DNA of 64,000 nucleotides from a virus (IMGVR_UViG_3300017951_000001:12255-76254); one strand, 5' to 3'. Numbered from the stretch's first letter, positions 48,271 to 58,658 are shown. Numbers and translations are program-made. Notes: generated by a model not told the origin, from the sequence alone.

Positions 48271-48305
48271 AAAAAAGCACCAGACCCCAACGAGGAGTCT
48301 GGTGC
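48271..48305 (-). terminator. Terminator after the tail tube gene
   Basis: GCACCAGAC/GTCTGGTGC stem followed by T6. Confidence 0.75.
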
Positions 48306-48322
48306 AATGAGACTAGCTTTAA

Positions 48323-48877
48323 TTACGCAGTAACGCGAACGAACTTGATCAGTTGGCTGCGGTAATCAAGCGAACTTCCGGCCCAATCGGTGCTGACCCG
48401 CTGGCACTTGAACGCCGCCGGGAACTGATGCTCGTCAGAACCAAGCGGAGCAGAAAGGCCAGCCTCGGCGACAACCTTCCAAGCATACACATTCATCGTG
48501 TTGCCAGTAACAGCCATCGCATGCTCGATGTGGAGAGCATAGCTGGTCGTGAGCGGGTCGCCACCGAAACTGAAAGTGTCCGAACCACCACCGCTGGTAG
48601 TTTGGCCGGCTCCCAGAATCGCGGCGAAGTTATCGAAGTTCCACTCAATCGAAGTGAAGTTGATCATCACACCTTGAGTCTGACTGAAGGTGTACTCGAT
48701 CAGCTTCGGGTTACCCTGCATGATGTCCCGACGTTCGCTGGAAACCTCAATGGTGACGCCATCTTCGGTGATGAATCCAACGTCAGTCGAAGGGGTAGAT
48801 CCGGCTGCGCCAAGGTAAACTTTGGCAGGTCCGAAAGAGATATTATTGGTGCTACCTGATGGAATGTTTAAAGGCAT
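48323..48877 (-). CDS. Major tail tube protein
   Basis: NISFGPAKVYLG..DVGFITEDGVTIE; position; terminator after. Confidence 0.8.
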   Translation of the reverse strand: MPLNIPSGSTNNISFGPAKVYLGAAGSTPSTDVGFITEDGVTIEVSSERRDIMQGNPKLIEYTFSQTQGVMINFTSIEWNFDNFAAILGAGQTTSGGGSDTFSFGGDPLTTSYALHIEHAMAVTGNTMNVYAWKVVAEAGLSAPLGSDEHQFPAAFKCQRVSTDWAGSSLDYRSQLIKFVRVTA

Positions 48878-48947
48878 TGGTCAACTCTTTGGGTTTGATA
48901 TGCTTTCCAGTAGCACCTTAACGGCGTCTGGTGAGACTGTACCATCA

Positions 48948-49289
48948 CTATAACTTTTCTTCAACGTATTCCAAAGCATTCAATTCGCCGCAACCCCGAC
49001 AAACTACACGAATTGAACCACCTGCGCCTAACCGAACATATGAAACGAAATCACGGTAACGAATTCGAAGTTCATCTACTGTTTCGTCATAAAGTCCAAG
49101 TCGAATTTTGCATTTGGAACATTTCCAAATCACGTCGCAAGGCGAGTGTTCTTCTTGTTCAACCGGCGAAGAGGTGGCAGGGAGGCTTTTGACCAAAATG
49201 TTGAGGTCTTTTTCGATCCCGCGAACTTGCCGTTCTAACCTTTCAATCCGCTCAATCATTTGCGACTCGTAGATTGATCTTTTTACCAC
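48948..49289 (-). CDS. Coiled coil + Com-like zinc ribbon
   Basis: WKCSKCKIRLG..VCRGCGELN. Confidence 0.55.
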   Translation of the reverse strand: MVKRSIYESQMIERIERLERQVRGIEKDLNILVKSLPATSSPVEQEEHSPCDVIWKCSKCKIRLGLYDETVDELRIRYRDFVSYVRLGAGGSIRVVCRGCGELNALEYVEEKL

Positions 49290-49443
49290 AACCAGAGCAA
49301 GTGACCTTTACAACCATCGTCATTCGCAGTTCTTCGGCAGGCACCAAACGAACACCTGTCGGCAATTTGGTTAGATTGTTTCCACAACCACATGTAATGT
49401 TTGTGGAGCGGTTACCAAAAGGTCGTGTCTGTTGAGTATTCAT
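49252..49443 (-). CDS. Small Com-like zinc-ribbon protein
   Basis: ITCGCGNNL..VKVTCSGCGKKINL. Confidence 0.55.
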   Translation of the reverse strand: MNTQQTRPFGNRSTNITCGCGNNLTKLPTGVRLVPAEELRMTMVVKVTCSGCGKKINLRVAND

Positions 49444-49449
49444 TTCAAG

Positions 49450-49863
49450 TTATCCCGCAGCTTGAGCAATCCATGTTCCTCGGGCATACCATGCAATTAA
49501 CCTATCATTGAATCCTGTTCTCGGTCTATCCGATTCATAACAATAACCCGCTGTTGCTACGTTCGGATCGTACAACCGTTCACTGCATAACGCGTCAAAT
49601 GCCGCTGCGTATACGTCGAGTGTTTCACCAAAACTATACTTTGAATACGAATATAAGTGAACAACCTGTTCTTGCTTTGCTTTATTCGACATTGCAAAAC
49701 CGCCCTGTGGGGCGAGAATCAAAACAGGCATATCGATCGTTGTTTGTGAGGCATCAAAACGATGCGATGTCATCACTCGTGAACCGACGAGATTGGTAAC
49801 TAACGAATTCGCAAGAAGCGTGTTTCGCATGAGTTGAACAACGTTGATTGTCGAAGTCGCCAT
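49450..49863 (-). CDS. Tail terminator/completion protein
   Basis: LLANSLVTNLVGSRV..; size and position upstream of the tail tube. Confidence 0.65.
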   Translation of the reverse strand: MATSTINVVQLMRNTLLANSLVTNLVGSRVMTSHRFDASQTTIDMPVLILAPQGGFAMSNKAKQEQVVHLYSYSKYSFGETLDVYAAAFDALCSERLYDPNVATAGYCYESDRPRTGFNDRLIAWYARGTWIAQAAG

Positions 49864-49877
49864 TAGTTATCCAATGT

Positions 49878-50357
49878 TTACCGCACCTTGAGTACGCGGT
49901 TCCTGTAAGTAGAAGCTAATACTTTTTGAAGCTTTTTTTGTACTTGTTTTTGTTGGACTGTTTGATTTAGCGTATCGCGACCCAACATGACGCTCGTTCC
50001 TTGAATCACAGCTTCCGCCACCAAACCACTCACAGAGATTTGGTAGTCAACCGATTTCCTTGTGTGGACAACTTCGCCTTTCAAGGTTCGAAGGATACTT
50101 CCACCACCTTGATCGTGTACCAACCAAGGTCGTTGACTGTGAACCAAAATGCGTCCGTGCCTGACTGCATACGGGTGATCTAAAGCCGTTAATTGATCTT
50201 GAGTATATGTGTGGTCTGAAAGGTTCTTTCGGATTGCTTTCAGAGCAACATCACCGGCAGCATCAATAGCTGCATGTGCAGCCATCCGGTTTGTTTTGAT
50301 AAGCCGTTTGAACGTCTGGAGCGTGATGCGTAAATCTTTCGAGTCCACGCGATACAT
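49878..50357 (-). CDS. Neck/tail completion protein (HK97 gp10-like)
   Basis: Basic 159 aa; QGTSVMLGRDTL resembles the GT..M..RP motif; position. Confidence 0.55.
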   Translation of the reverse strand: MYRVDSKDLRITLQTFKRLIKTNRMAAHAAIDAAGDVALKAIRKNLSDHTYTQDQLTALDHPYAVRHGRILVHSQRPWLVHDQGGGSILRTLKGEVVHTRKSVDYQISVSGLVAEAVIQGTSVMLGRDTLNQTVQQKQVQKKLQKVLASTYRNRVLKVR

Positions 50358-50463
50358 GATGCCACCATAAGCCTAGATTAATCAGAATGGCCCACAGAAA
50401 CGATTTTACACGGGTCGCCGGGGCACGTCACCCCGGAACGACCACGCGCCCCCAGAACGTCGT

Positions 50464-53379
50464 CTAGGGTTGTTCTTCGTGCCCATCTGTCGGAGCCGGA
50501 ATCAACCCATCTTCGATCATTTGGTAGACCATTTCATCGGGCAGTGAGAATGAAGGAAGTTCAATGTCCGGAAGGGTCGTATTCCCAACACGGCTTTGAA
50601 CTGTCAAATGCCCGAATGCTTCAACCACCCGGACAACTTCTTCCTGCCATGGATGCTTCTTCGTTGTTCGTTTTGCGCTTTCAACCAACAATGCTTTCGC
50701 CAATCGAAGGTGATGAACTCCCAATTCCTTGAAGGCCAAGTAGCTTTCGCCGGCACATGCAACGCCGCGCTCGTAGCATTCTTGAGCTTTGCCGAGGTTC
50801 CCGTCGTTCGCGAATTGAAGGCCGAGCGAAACCCAAGCACCAGAATTGTGTGGGTTGTCTTCGAGTTCTTTCACCAACATGCGCCGGTACTTGTTCAACT
50901 TTCCTTCAAGCTTGTCGTCTTCGACCGTAAGTCCGAAATGATTGCAAGTGAACGGCGCGTATCGAAGCATAGGATGCACTCCGTTCTTGCGGAGCGTTTT
51001 GACCGCTGCATCGAATCCCTCGTGGACCCGTGAGTTCATGCGCATGATTCCGGACGCATCCAACCGAGTAATCCGAAGACTTTCACTCATGGATGCGGGT
51101 GCGCCTCGCAGGAAGTTCCGGAATCTGAACATCCAACCCCATCCGTCACTCGTTTCGACCATGGAACGAATGCAACGCAGGCTAACAGTTGGTTCACCTT
51201 GGAACCGTTCATCTGCGTCTTGAAACCAAGCCCAATCAACGCCTTGAGTCTGCAATTGATTCAATGCTGCATTCCGACACTCCGACAAGTCATCGTCGAA
51301 CTCTGAATGGACCCAAATCACGTCGTAAAGTTTCGCAAACGCAGCCAACGTGCGTCCGGGTCCAGTCTCGGGCCATTCGTTTTCCGGAATATCCAACTCA
51401 TCAACGTTGGAGTCCAACCAATGCTTATCTTCGTCAGACCATTCGCCGGTCCAAACTAAAACCATCGCATCGGACATCGAGTAAGAATCATTCAGCCACA
51501 TTGCAACGTCTTCCGGACTTTCACCGGAATGAGTAAGCATGTAAAAGCCGATGCGATTGTGGGGAACGTAGGGGCGTAGCTTCATCCCTTCTTCGGCAAC
51601 AATGTGACTGTAATCATTGCCTCCAACTAGAACCGCGTCGGGATTCGGATCGATCTTTGAGTACCAAGCATATTTGTTCGTACGTTGTGAACTATGCATG
51701 TACCCGAAGTGGCGAAATCGAATGTTTGCTACTCGGCGAGAGCCATTGCCGGAATCTGGGCAATTACCGCAGTGAAGTCCCTTTTCAGTTCCCGCAATGA
51801 TCTTCCGAGGGTTCGCTTTGTTGACTCGCCAAAGCCGGGTTCCGCTCATACCACCCGAATAGCTTCCGCCATCACCCCAAGGTCGATCAACGCGAATCAT
51901 CCGAGGGCTTTCCCAATGATTCAACCAACCGAACTCGAAACCATCCACCAAGGGATCTGGGTGATTGAATAACCGCTCGAAATGATACCTTGTTACTTGG
52001 TCTTCAATGACTTCGTCGTGATCGATGGACAACAACCAGTCGGCATCCATCTGAATTCCGAGTTCAATGGCTCGATTCCTTTCATCGCGCTCATTCCAAA
52101 ACCCTTCCCAACATTCAACGGAAACATCGGGCTCGAAACCAACCAACTTTGAGATGGACTTGATCCAGTCCATCGTTGCATTCGCAACTTCGGTTGAATT
52201 CGCATTCGAGCAAGATCGAAGCCAAGCAATATCGTAGTCCTGCAAACTCCCGTGCATCTGGTTCCAATCGCTTCCGGATTGGATTTCGAGCGGATTATTC
52301 GTAAGCAAAACCGCGATGCCGTCGCTGACGGAACAAGCTTTCGCAATCGAATTCCTCCAATAATGGAGGTCTTGAACCGTACGAATAGCAACTCGGTAAA
52401 TGCTAATCATGCGGTTTGACCCCGTCTTTTTCCACTTCCGGTAGTAATTCTCCCGGTTACGCATACCGCGCATCATTTCCGGAAAAGCACGATCGAAAGT
52501 TTGGTGCCCGAGGTGTCCGATGAAAACTCCGCGAGCAACCGCTAACCGCCAACCTGCCATCATTACTCGGTGGCAAAGATCATTGTCTTCGTAACCAGCA
52601 ATCGGGTAATTATCCGCATCGAACATCGGGCCGTTATTCCCTTCCAGCCAAATGTCGAGTAAACAATCACGGCGGATCATCATGCAGAATCCGCTTAAAA
52701 AGTTGCATGTAAGGTTTAACGTATCCGGATTCTGCGTGTGCCAAACCGCAGCGGCACTATCGTAAAGGTCTTGGTCCTTCACGGTAGGGGTCATTTGATC
52801 GTGACCAAACTTCAACTGCATCGCTTGTTTCAACACGTCTTCATCCAATGCGACTTGTTGAATACCTGCGACTTGATTGCTGCACGGGCCAATCATTCCG
52901 ATTTTCCCATACAACTTCCGATCTCTGACGGGGCGACTCCCCAACTTGCCATCGACCACAACCGGCGGCTCCGTACACAACGAAATGTCATCGCTGTTGA
53001 TTGCGACTAAAAGCTTCGTCAACCAACCCGGCGTAACTCGCAGGTCATCGTTGAAAATGAGCACATATTCGGGCAAACCACCAGATTGAATCGCAGCGCG
53101 AAGACCGATATTGATAGCACCGCCGAATCCGCGAAGCCCGTCCTCGACGTGCATATCGAGGGTTACCCCGTTTGGGCATGCAGCCCGCAAGACGCGAAGG
53201 GCTTGAATGCTTTTCGCCGCGTTCTCAACCGAATCAGGGTTGATGGAAACCATGATACGAGTTCTGGCAGGCACGCGATTCACAAGCAAATGCATGCTTG
53301 GAAGAAGCACCGAAGGGTCTGCAACGGTAGGCACAACGATAAGCGTATCGTTGTTACTATCAAAAGTAACCGAGTTCAT
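50464..53379 (-). CDS. Multi-domain GT-A (GT2-like) glycosyltransferase with TPR-like tail
   Basis: GFGGAINIG..IFNDD..GYEDNDLC; second module SIDHDE..HFGY; third module FQDADE..RVHE; C-terminal AWVSLG..AQECYERG. Confidence 0.85.
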   Translation of the reverse strand: MNSVTFDSNNDTLIVVPTVADPSVLLPSMHLLVNRVPARTRIMVSINPDSVENAAKSIQALRVLRAACPNGVTLDMHVEDGLRGFGGAINIGLRAAIQSGGLPEYVLIFNDDLRVTPGWLTKLLVAINSDDISLCTEPPVVVDGKLGSRPVRDRKLYGKIGMIGPCSNQVAGIQQVALDEDVLKQAMQLKFGHDQMTPTVKDQDLYDSAAAVWHTQNPDTLNLTCNFLSGFCMMIRRDCLLDIWLEGNNGPMFDADNYPIAGYEDNDLCHRVMMAGWRLAVARGVFIGHLGHQTFDRAFPEMMRGMRNRENYYRKWKKTGSNRMISIYRVAIRTVQDLHYWRNSIAKACSVSDGIAVLLTNNPLEIQSGSDWNQMHGSLQDYDIAWLRSCSNANSTEVANATMDWIKSISKLVGFEPDVSVECWEGFWNERDERNRAIELGIQMDADWLLSIDHDEVIEDQVTRYHFERLFNHPDPLVDGFEFGWLNHWESPRMIRVDRPWGDGGSYSGGMSGTRLWRVNKANPRKIIAGTEKGLHCGNCPDSGNGSRRVANIRFRHFGYMHSSQRTNKYAWYSKIDPNPDAVLVGGNDYSHIVAEEGMKLRPYVPHNRIGFYMLTHSGESPEDVAMWLNDSYSMSDAMVLVWTGEWSDEDKHWLDSNVDELDIPENEWPETGPGRTLAAFAKLYDVIWVHSEFDDDLSECRNAALNQLQTQGVDWAWFQDADERFQGEPTVSLRCIRSMVETSDGWGWMFRFRNFLRGAPASMSESLRITRLDASGIMRMNSRVHEGFDAAVKTLRKNGVHPMLRYAPFTCNHFGLTVEDDKLEGKLNKYRRMLVKELEDNPHNSGAWVSLGLQFANDGNLGKAQECYERGVACAGESYLAFKELGVHHLRLAKALLVESAKRTTKKHPWQEEVVRVVEAFGHLTVQSRVGNTTLPDIELPSFSLPDEMVYQMIEDGLIPAPTDGHEEQP

Positions 53380-53403
53380 TTTTTCTCCTGCGCCTGTTTG
53401 GCG

Positions 53404-54069
53404 TCATTCTGATTGAGAAGAGTCTCGCCTTGTCACAACGATTTCCCAAAAACGCGGTAAGTAACCGCCGAATCGGATCGGAACGCTCCGCACGAACCAT
53501 TCCGAAGCATCAATTTCATCTACAAAAATGTCCCCGATCCGGGGATACCAAGTTTCATCATAATTGATGTATAACCTTGCCTGTTCCTGCTCGGACATGC
53601 TCGGCCATTCACCACGATACGGACGCTGACCGGGTCCGCTCGAAGTACCACCGCGATCAATAAACCCGGGCCAACCCGTCTTCAAAGTGGTTTGCATGTG
53701 TTGGATTGAACCGTCAGGACCAATTGATTTCACTTTGATTGTTGGAACTGTTGATTCATCGCTAAAACCCGTCGTGGTAACACTCGAAACGGACACAAAC
53801 CTTTTTGAAGTGGATTTGAAACCATTGTTGGTAAAAGTCAGAGTTTCCGATCCTGCACCCGTATTACCGGGCGAAGTAACCACAGTCCCCGTGAACGTAA
53901 TGCTTCCCGTACCATCAGAACCGCCAGAGACTTGTACTTGAAGGCAAGTTTCTCTTTGAAGCGCATAATCCAATGACATCGTGTCCTGCGCGGTTGCGTT
54001 TAGCAGAACCGACAGGTTTCTGACAACCGTATAGAAACTATTCGGACTGCTGAATATCACTTTCTTCAA
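53404..54069 (-). CDS. Structural protein, possible head-closure protein with N-terminal extension
   Basis: C-terminal PRIGDIFVD..EWFVRSV..WEIVVTR; position. Confidence 0.5.
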   Translation of the reverse strand: MKKVIFSSPNSFYTVVRNLSVLLNATAQDTMSLDYALQRETCLQVQVSGGSDGTGSITFTGTVVTSPGNTGAGSETLTFTNNGFKSTSKRFVSVSSVTTTGFSDESTVPTIKVKSIGPDGSIQHMQTTLKTGWPGFIDRGGTSSGPGQRPYRGEWPSMSEQEQARLYINYDETWYPRIGDIFVDEIDASEWFVRSVPIRFGGYLPRFWEIVVTRRDSSQSE

Positions 54070-54577
54070 CCTCTACATCAGTTTCGATGCTTGCCGAAGT
54101 GGGTGTTTCTTCCGGATGCTTTACGGGTTCAATTGGGTAAGGAGACCGGTGAATGTACTCGACAACGGAAGGTTTATTTCCCGCTTCCCAAGCCGCTTCG
54201 ATGGTGGATTCCCACTCGTCAACTTCCCCGACACCGACCACAGTGTAAATGCTTCTCCGAAGCGGATCAGAGTCAATGACAGCCACCGCCCTGATCTCGC
54301 TCTTCGTAAGTTCTCGGAACGAAACAACGACTACAACAGAACCAACCGCAGACGAAATGATTTTGCTGTTCGAAGCTGAATCAGGTCCAAATCCAATAAT
54401 CGTCAACCCATTATCGTAGCTTGTAAGCACTTTTTTGCTTGGGCAACAAGTCACCCGGGCATTGCCAAACGGGGAAGATGCTTCTTTCGCAATGACATCA
54501 TCACATCGGCTGAAGCCAGGGAATGAAGCACTTGATAAATTCAGCGCAATTCCGATCGTTCTTCGATTATGCCTCAT
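54038..54577 (-). CDS. Hypothetical protein
   Basis: TAATG-coupled ORF. Confidence 0.55.
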   Translation of the reverse strand: MRHNRRTIGIALNLSSASFPGFSRCDDVIAKEASSPFGNARVTCCPSKKVLTSYDNGLTIIGFGPDSASNSKIISSAVGSVVVVVSFRELTKSEIRAVAVIDSDPLRRSIYTVVGVGEVDEWESTIEAAWEAGNKPSVVEYIHRSPYPIEPVKHPEETPTSASIETDVEVEESDIQQSE

Positions 54578-55239
54578 TAATCCCTCCGATACGGCGTTGT
54601 GATTGTAATCACGTTCTGCTCGCGTTGGCGTAACTTCGGCTTCTTGGCTTCAGCCTTCCGTTCTTTCTTAATGATTTTAACAGGTTCCGGGAGGAAACGA
54701 TTGTTGCTTTGTTCTAGCACCAAACCTTCGAGGTCAACATTCTCGATAATTTCAGTTGTTATCCTTTCACACAAACCAACATAGCGATTTTGTTTATACG
54801 ATTCTTCGGATTCCCAAAGGTCTTGAGAGGTAGACACATCGTAAGGCAAACCTTCTGCGCGTAGCCGGCGCATCCACCGCCTATGCGTTGATTCGCCAAC
54901 ATTGTTCGGGAACAAAGGGTTCTGAACAACAACCAACAAGTCGGAAATCATGTTGAGTGTTGTTGTCGATTCGTGAATCAACCGAGCATAAACTTTTGGA
55001 GGAATTGTACTGAACCTTCCGAGCCAAACGATGGAAATGACTTCGGTGTCGTCAGGAATAGCTGAAAACAATGAACTTCCTGTTCTGATCGCATCATCAA
55101 GAACAAAAGATTCAGTGATTCGCGGGATCGGAAGCACGCTTATCGTCATACCTTTCCCACGGAGGCAATCAGCAATGTTGAAAGCGAGAGGAAACCCCTT
55201 CCATCCCGGCGAATCGGTGTAAACAGCTAACGTTTTCAT
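54577..55239 (-). CDS. Hypothetical protein coupled to the epimerase
   Basis: ATGA overlap start MKTLAVY. Confidence 0.6.
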   Translation of the reverse strand: MKTLAVYTDSPGWKGFPLAFNIADCLRGKGMTISVLPIPRITESFVLDDAIRTGSSLFSAIPDDTEVISIVWLGRFSTIPPKVYARLIHESTTTLNMISDLLVVVQNPLFPNNVGESTHRRWMRRLRAEGLPYDVSTSQDLWESEESYKQNRYVGLCERITTEIIENVDLEGLVLEQSNNRFLPEPVKIIKKERKAEAKKPKLRQREQNVITITTPYRRD

Positions 55240-56330
55240 CGAATGAGACCCTTTTCCACAAGCTTGTTGTGGGCTTCTTGTGTTTTGTTTTCGGGACGCT
55301 GTTGCTTTGCCCATTGCACCAAATCTGCAAGGCCAACTTCCGGAGTACGTGGTTTCCAATCCGGCAGATAACCACGTAACCGGCGGTTGTCCGAGTAACA
55401 ATGCCGAATATCACCTACTCGGTATTTGTTGACCACATTTGGGAGCAGATTTGAACCATGAAGTTTGATTAACGTCTGTGCAAGTTCAAGGATGGTGGTT
55501 TGTTTTCCAGTACCAACATTGAAAACACCAACAATGTCGTCTTCGGTAGCCATTCGAACTACCGCCTCTGCCACGTCCTCAACATGAATGAAATCCCTTG
55601 ACTGGCCCCCGTCTTCGTAAATACGGGGGGCTTCGCCGTTCAAAATCATGGAGTTGAATATCGCAGCGACACCCGTGTATGGGTTGGACATTTGCTGCCG
55701 GGGGCCGTAAACGTTGAAAAACCGGGGGACTACAACAGGAATGTTGTTTTGTTCCCCGATCATTATCGACATATCTTCCTGATCTCTTTTCGTTTGAGCA
55801 TATACGGATTGAATATCGAACTCTTTCCACTCTGGAGTTGCTTTCGGCGTCAAAGAATTGAATTCCCAATTTCTGGCTTTGAGATTCTCTTCTGAACGAA
55901 CTCCCGGATAACGAAAGGAATTGTCTTCGCAGACATACAACCCTTCTCCGTAAGAACTCATTGAACCGGCAACAACAACTTTTTTGGGCTTGGAATCCGA
56001 CTCAATGATGGTTTGCCAAAGCGAAGCCGTCCCCAGCGTGTTGCTTTTCACGTAATGAACTGGTTCATATGCGCTCTCACCAACCCCTACAGCAGCGGCG
56101 AGGTGAATCACTACTTCGCAACCACTCAACGCTTCTGCGAGCGACTCTTGGTCTAATACATCGCCTCGAATCTTGTGGACGTCAGGGTTCAAGTAGTCAG
56201 GCCAATCATTCGATGGATGAACATCAGGCAACAAGCAATCGTACACAACCGGCTCAAACCCACGTTCGAGCAGTAAATCCACCACGAACGAGCCAATGAA
56301 CCCGGCTCCGCCAGTAACCAAAACCTTCAT
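55236..56330 (-). CDS. NAD-dependent nucleotide-sugar epimerase/dehydratase (extended SDR)
   Basis: VLVTGGAGFIG, HLAA, SMSSYG, YAQTK, RFFNVYGP, RDFIHVED. Confidence 0.92.
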   Translation of the reverse strand: MKVLVTGGAGFIGSFVVDLLLERGFEPVVYDCLLPDVHPSNDWPDYLNPDVHKIRGDVLDQESLAEALSGCEVVIHLAAAVGVGESAYEPVHYVKSNTLGTASLWQTIIESDSKPKKVVVAGSMSSYGEGLYVCEDNSFRYPGVRSEENLKARNWEFNSLTPKATPEWKEFDIQSVYAQTKRDQEDMSIMIGEQNNIPVVVPRFFNVYGPRQQMSNPYTGVAAIFNSMILNGEAPRIYEDGGQSRDFIHVEDVAEAVVRMATEDDIVGVFNVGTGKQTTILELAQTLIKLHGSNLLPNVVNKYRVGDIRHCYSDNRRLRGYLPDWKPRTPEVGLADLVQWAKQQRPENKTQEAHNKLVEKGLIR

Positions 56331-56351
56331 TTTTCACTCTCTACTGTTCTT

Positions 56352-57419
56352 TCAATGTTGGGAACGTAACCAAGTCAAATAATCACAACCTGTTTCCAAA
56401 TCCCAAAAAACACTAATTCTACCCGGTCCATCCGAAAACGGATTGATCACGACTAAAGCTGATTCACCATACGTTTGTTCAAAGAAACCTTTCTCTTTCG
56501 CATACGAGTCATTTCGTTTGTAACCACGAACCCGCAGTGCATGAGTAATCCGTGCATGCCGTTGTTCGGTCGTCAGAATGCCCCACTGATGCAAATGACC
56601 AGCAGTGAGCAAATGGCATCGCCCGTCCAACATAGCCTCTTTGTGAGGTCCGTGCGTGGGATGATACCACGACCTTCCAGAAAAATCGTGGCGCAAAATC
56701 CAAACAACAGGTTCTAACTCCTGATCTTCCCACTTGATTGTTACGCGCAATTCATCGGGAGCATAACATTTGACTCCGCATTTCTGCGTGAGCCAAGCCA
56801 TCGGGTCAACACCCGGCCCATGTGCCCAAGCATCATGGTTTCCACCAACAATAGCAATCCATTGAAGTTGATCGAGAAACCATTCCGAAAGCCGCCATCC
56901 GTCTTCGGCCTTTACACTGGTTTTCGAATACAACCGGGCGAGTCGACCAACCCAATTATCTTGCATATCACCTACACAAGCCGCCAATACGCCTTCGGTT
57001 TCTTGAGCTAATTTGATGTGATCGAAGAGTGTATCCCAATCACAACCCTCGTTATCAACATGAGGGTCGCCAAAAATCATAATCCCAACTGGCTTCGACT
57101 CTAACCGAACGACTTTTTTATGCTTTGTTACTTTGTTTTTCTTTTTCCTGCTTACTTCAACACGTTGAGCAACAAGTTGTTCGATTGGTTCTTCTTCGGT
57201 GACTTCATCCTCAATCACCATGTCAATCAAATTGCTTCTTCGCGTTTGCTCACCAATTTTGAGTTTTTCCAGAGCCATACGCATAGCCCACGCAGAGACG
57301 GGCTCACCAATCAACTCTGAAATGTGTTCTGCACATCGTCGTCTACCAAGCCCTTCCGCTACTAAAGACTCAATCACATCAGAATAATTGGCAATGAGAT
57401 AATCGCTTGTGATCGACAT
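56352..57419 (-). CDS. Calcineurin-like metallophosphoesterase with N-terminal HTH-like region
   Basis: FGDPHVD, VGDMQD, GGNHD, ILRH, GHLH. Confidence 0.85.
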   Translation of the reverse strand: MSITSDYLIANYSDVIESLVAEGLGRRRCAEHISELIGEPVSAWAMRMALEKLKIGEQTRRSNLIDMVIEDEVTEEEPIEQLVAQRVEVSRKKKNKVTKHKKVVRLESKPVGIMIFGDPHVDNEGCDWDTLFDHIKLAQETEGVLAACVGDMQDNWVGRLARLYSKTSVKAEDGWRLSEWFLDQLQWIAIVGGNHDAWAHGPGVDPMAWLTQKCGVKCYAPDELRVTIKWEDQELEPVVWILRHDFSGRSWYHPTHGPHKEAMLDGRCHLLTAGHLHQWGILTTEQRHARITHALRVRGYKRNDSYAKEKGFFEQTYGESALVVINPFSDGPGRISVFWDLETGCDYLTWLRSQH

Positions 57420-57427
57420 AATTCCCC

Positions 57428-57667
57428 TCAAGACTCGATAAAGCTTTTGGAAACAACCGTTGCACCGTGGTTCTCACAAATGTCGTCCACGATTCGATCA
57501 CACAAATCTTCGCCAAGAACGACGAGAACGACCGCACACCTTTGATGGTCGTTAGCGGACAACGAAGCAAAACCGATGGGTTTATTCGCACGCAAACACT
57601 CGGTCAACGCTACGCTAGCACCGTAACTGACTGCATCAATCCACGATTGAATATGTTTCATCGTCAC
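57428..57667 (-). CDS. Small hypothetical protein
   Basis: GAGGAG SD; coupled. Confidence 0.55.
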   Translation of the reverse strand: MTMKHIQSWIDAVSYGASVALTECLRANKPIGFASLSANDHQRCAVVLVVLGEDLCDRIVDDICENHGATVVSKSFIES

Positions 57668-57727
57668 TACTCCTCAAAAGCTCGAATAAACCGTGTTCCG
57701 AGCAACAATTGAGACGCAGGACGCAAA

Positions 57728-58279
57728 CTATGATCGAGCGAAGACTCGCGTATACTTTCCAAGAATTCTTCGAACAATCATAGAATATTGGCCGTTTCCA
57801 AGGTAATAAACATAGCCGCCCATACGCTCGGAACGGAATCCCGAGTGGCGACCTTCATTTACCATTTGGACTGCAATCAAAGTTGTTGCCATAGCAATAT
57901 CATTGGGAACAGAAGAAAACCCGGCGGTATAACAGACTTCAATATTTTGTCTGCCCGTGGGGAAATAAGCACCATCATTGATCAACCGAAGAGAACCATA
58001 CTCGGTCGTATAATAGTTTGAACTTGCTTCCAAAGCGCCGCCGATCGTAAGTGCAGCGACGTTAACAACAGGGCGGTAAGTTAAAGCAACCTCGCGTTGC
58101 CCTAACAAATCCATATCCAACTTTTCATTCACCGTGATAACGGCCGTAGTCGTTAAACCAAGGTGACCAAGAACAACGTCTTCCGCAGCAGCAACGCATA
58201 AATCAATGACTGCGTCCTGATACGTAATCCCAGCAGGGATATTGAGAACAGTTTTGACGTTGTTCCGGCTCGTTAGCAT
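57728..58279 (-). CDS. Head-tail adaptor (gp6/gp15-like)
   Basis: VKTVLNI..AAAEDVVLGHLG..IEVCYTAGFSSVPNDIAMA..ILGKY. Confidence 0.8.
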   Translation of the reverse strand: MLTSRNNVKTVLNIPAGITYQDAVIDLCVAAAEDVVLGHLGLTTTAVITVNEKLDMDLLGQREVALTYRPVVNVAALTIGGALEASSNYYTTEYGSLRLINDGAYFPTGRQNIEVCYTAGFSSVPNDIAMATTLIAVQMVNEGRHSGFRSERMGGYVYYLGNGQYSMIVRRILGKYTRVFARS

Positions 58280-58606
58280 CTATCGCTTCCGCCCACGACC
58301 ACGACGGGTTTTCGGCTTTTCAACAACCTCTTCGGCAACCTCAACCGATTGCCTGTAAGAAGCAGTGAAATCAACCCAACCCCGTTTCCTTAATGCGTTG
58401 AATGCATGCTGCGAATTCACAAACAACGTTGTACGAGCCACTCCATCACCATGAGTGATGTTGTAACTGTGAAGCGTTTCGTCGTATGTCGGAATCACTT
58501 GCTTCATTTCCGGATTCCATTTGTCTTTACAAAGGACAAAATTGTAAGAATCTGCATTTGGAGCAATCGTAGGAGCAATGCCACTCATTTCAACCTCGTT
58601 AATCAC
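58280..58606 (-). CDS. Small hypothetical head-associated protein
   Basis: Basic tail KPKTRRGRGRKR; after the MCP. Confidence 0.6.
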   Translation of the reverse strand: MINEVEMSGIAPTIAPNADSYNFVLCKDKWNPEMKQVIPTYDETLHSYNITHGDGVARTTLFVNSQHAFNALRKRGWVDFTASYRQSVEVAEEVVEKPKTRRGRGRKR

Positions 58607-58620
58607 TTGTACAATAACAC

Positions 58621-58658
58621 AAAAGCCCGGTCAACTGGCTGAATAGTTGACCGGGCTT
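58621..58658 (-). terminator. Terminator after the major capsid gene
   Basis: 14-bp perfect stem AAGCCCGGTCAACT/AGTTGACCGGGCTT with T-tract. Confidence 0.8.
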
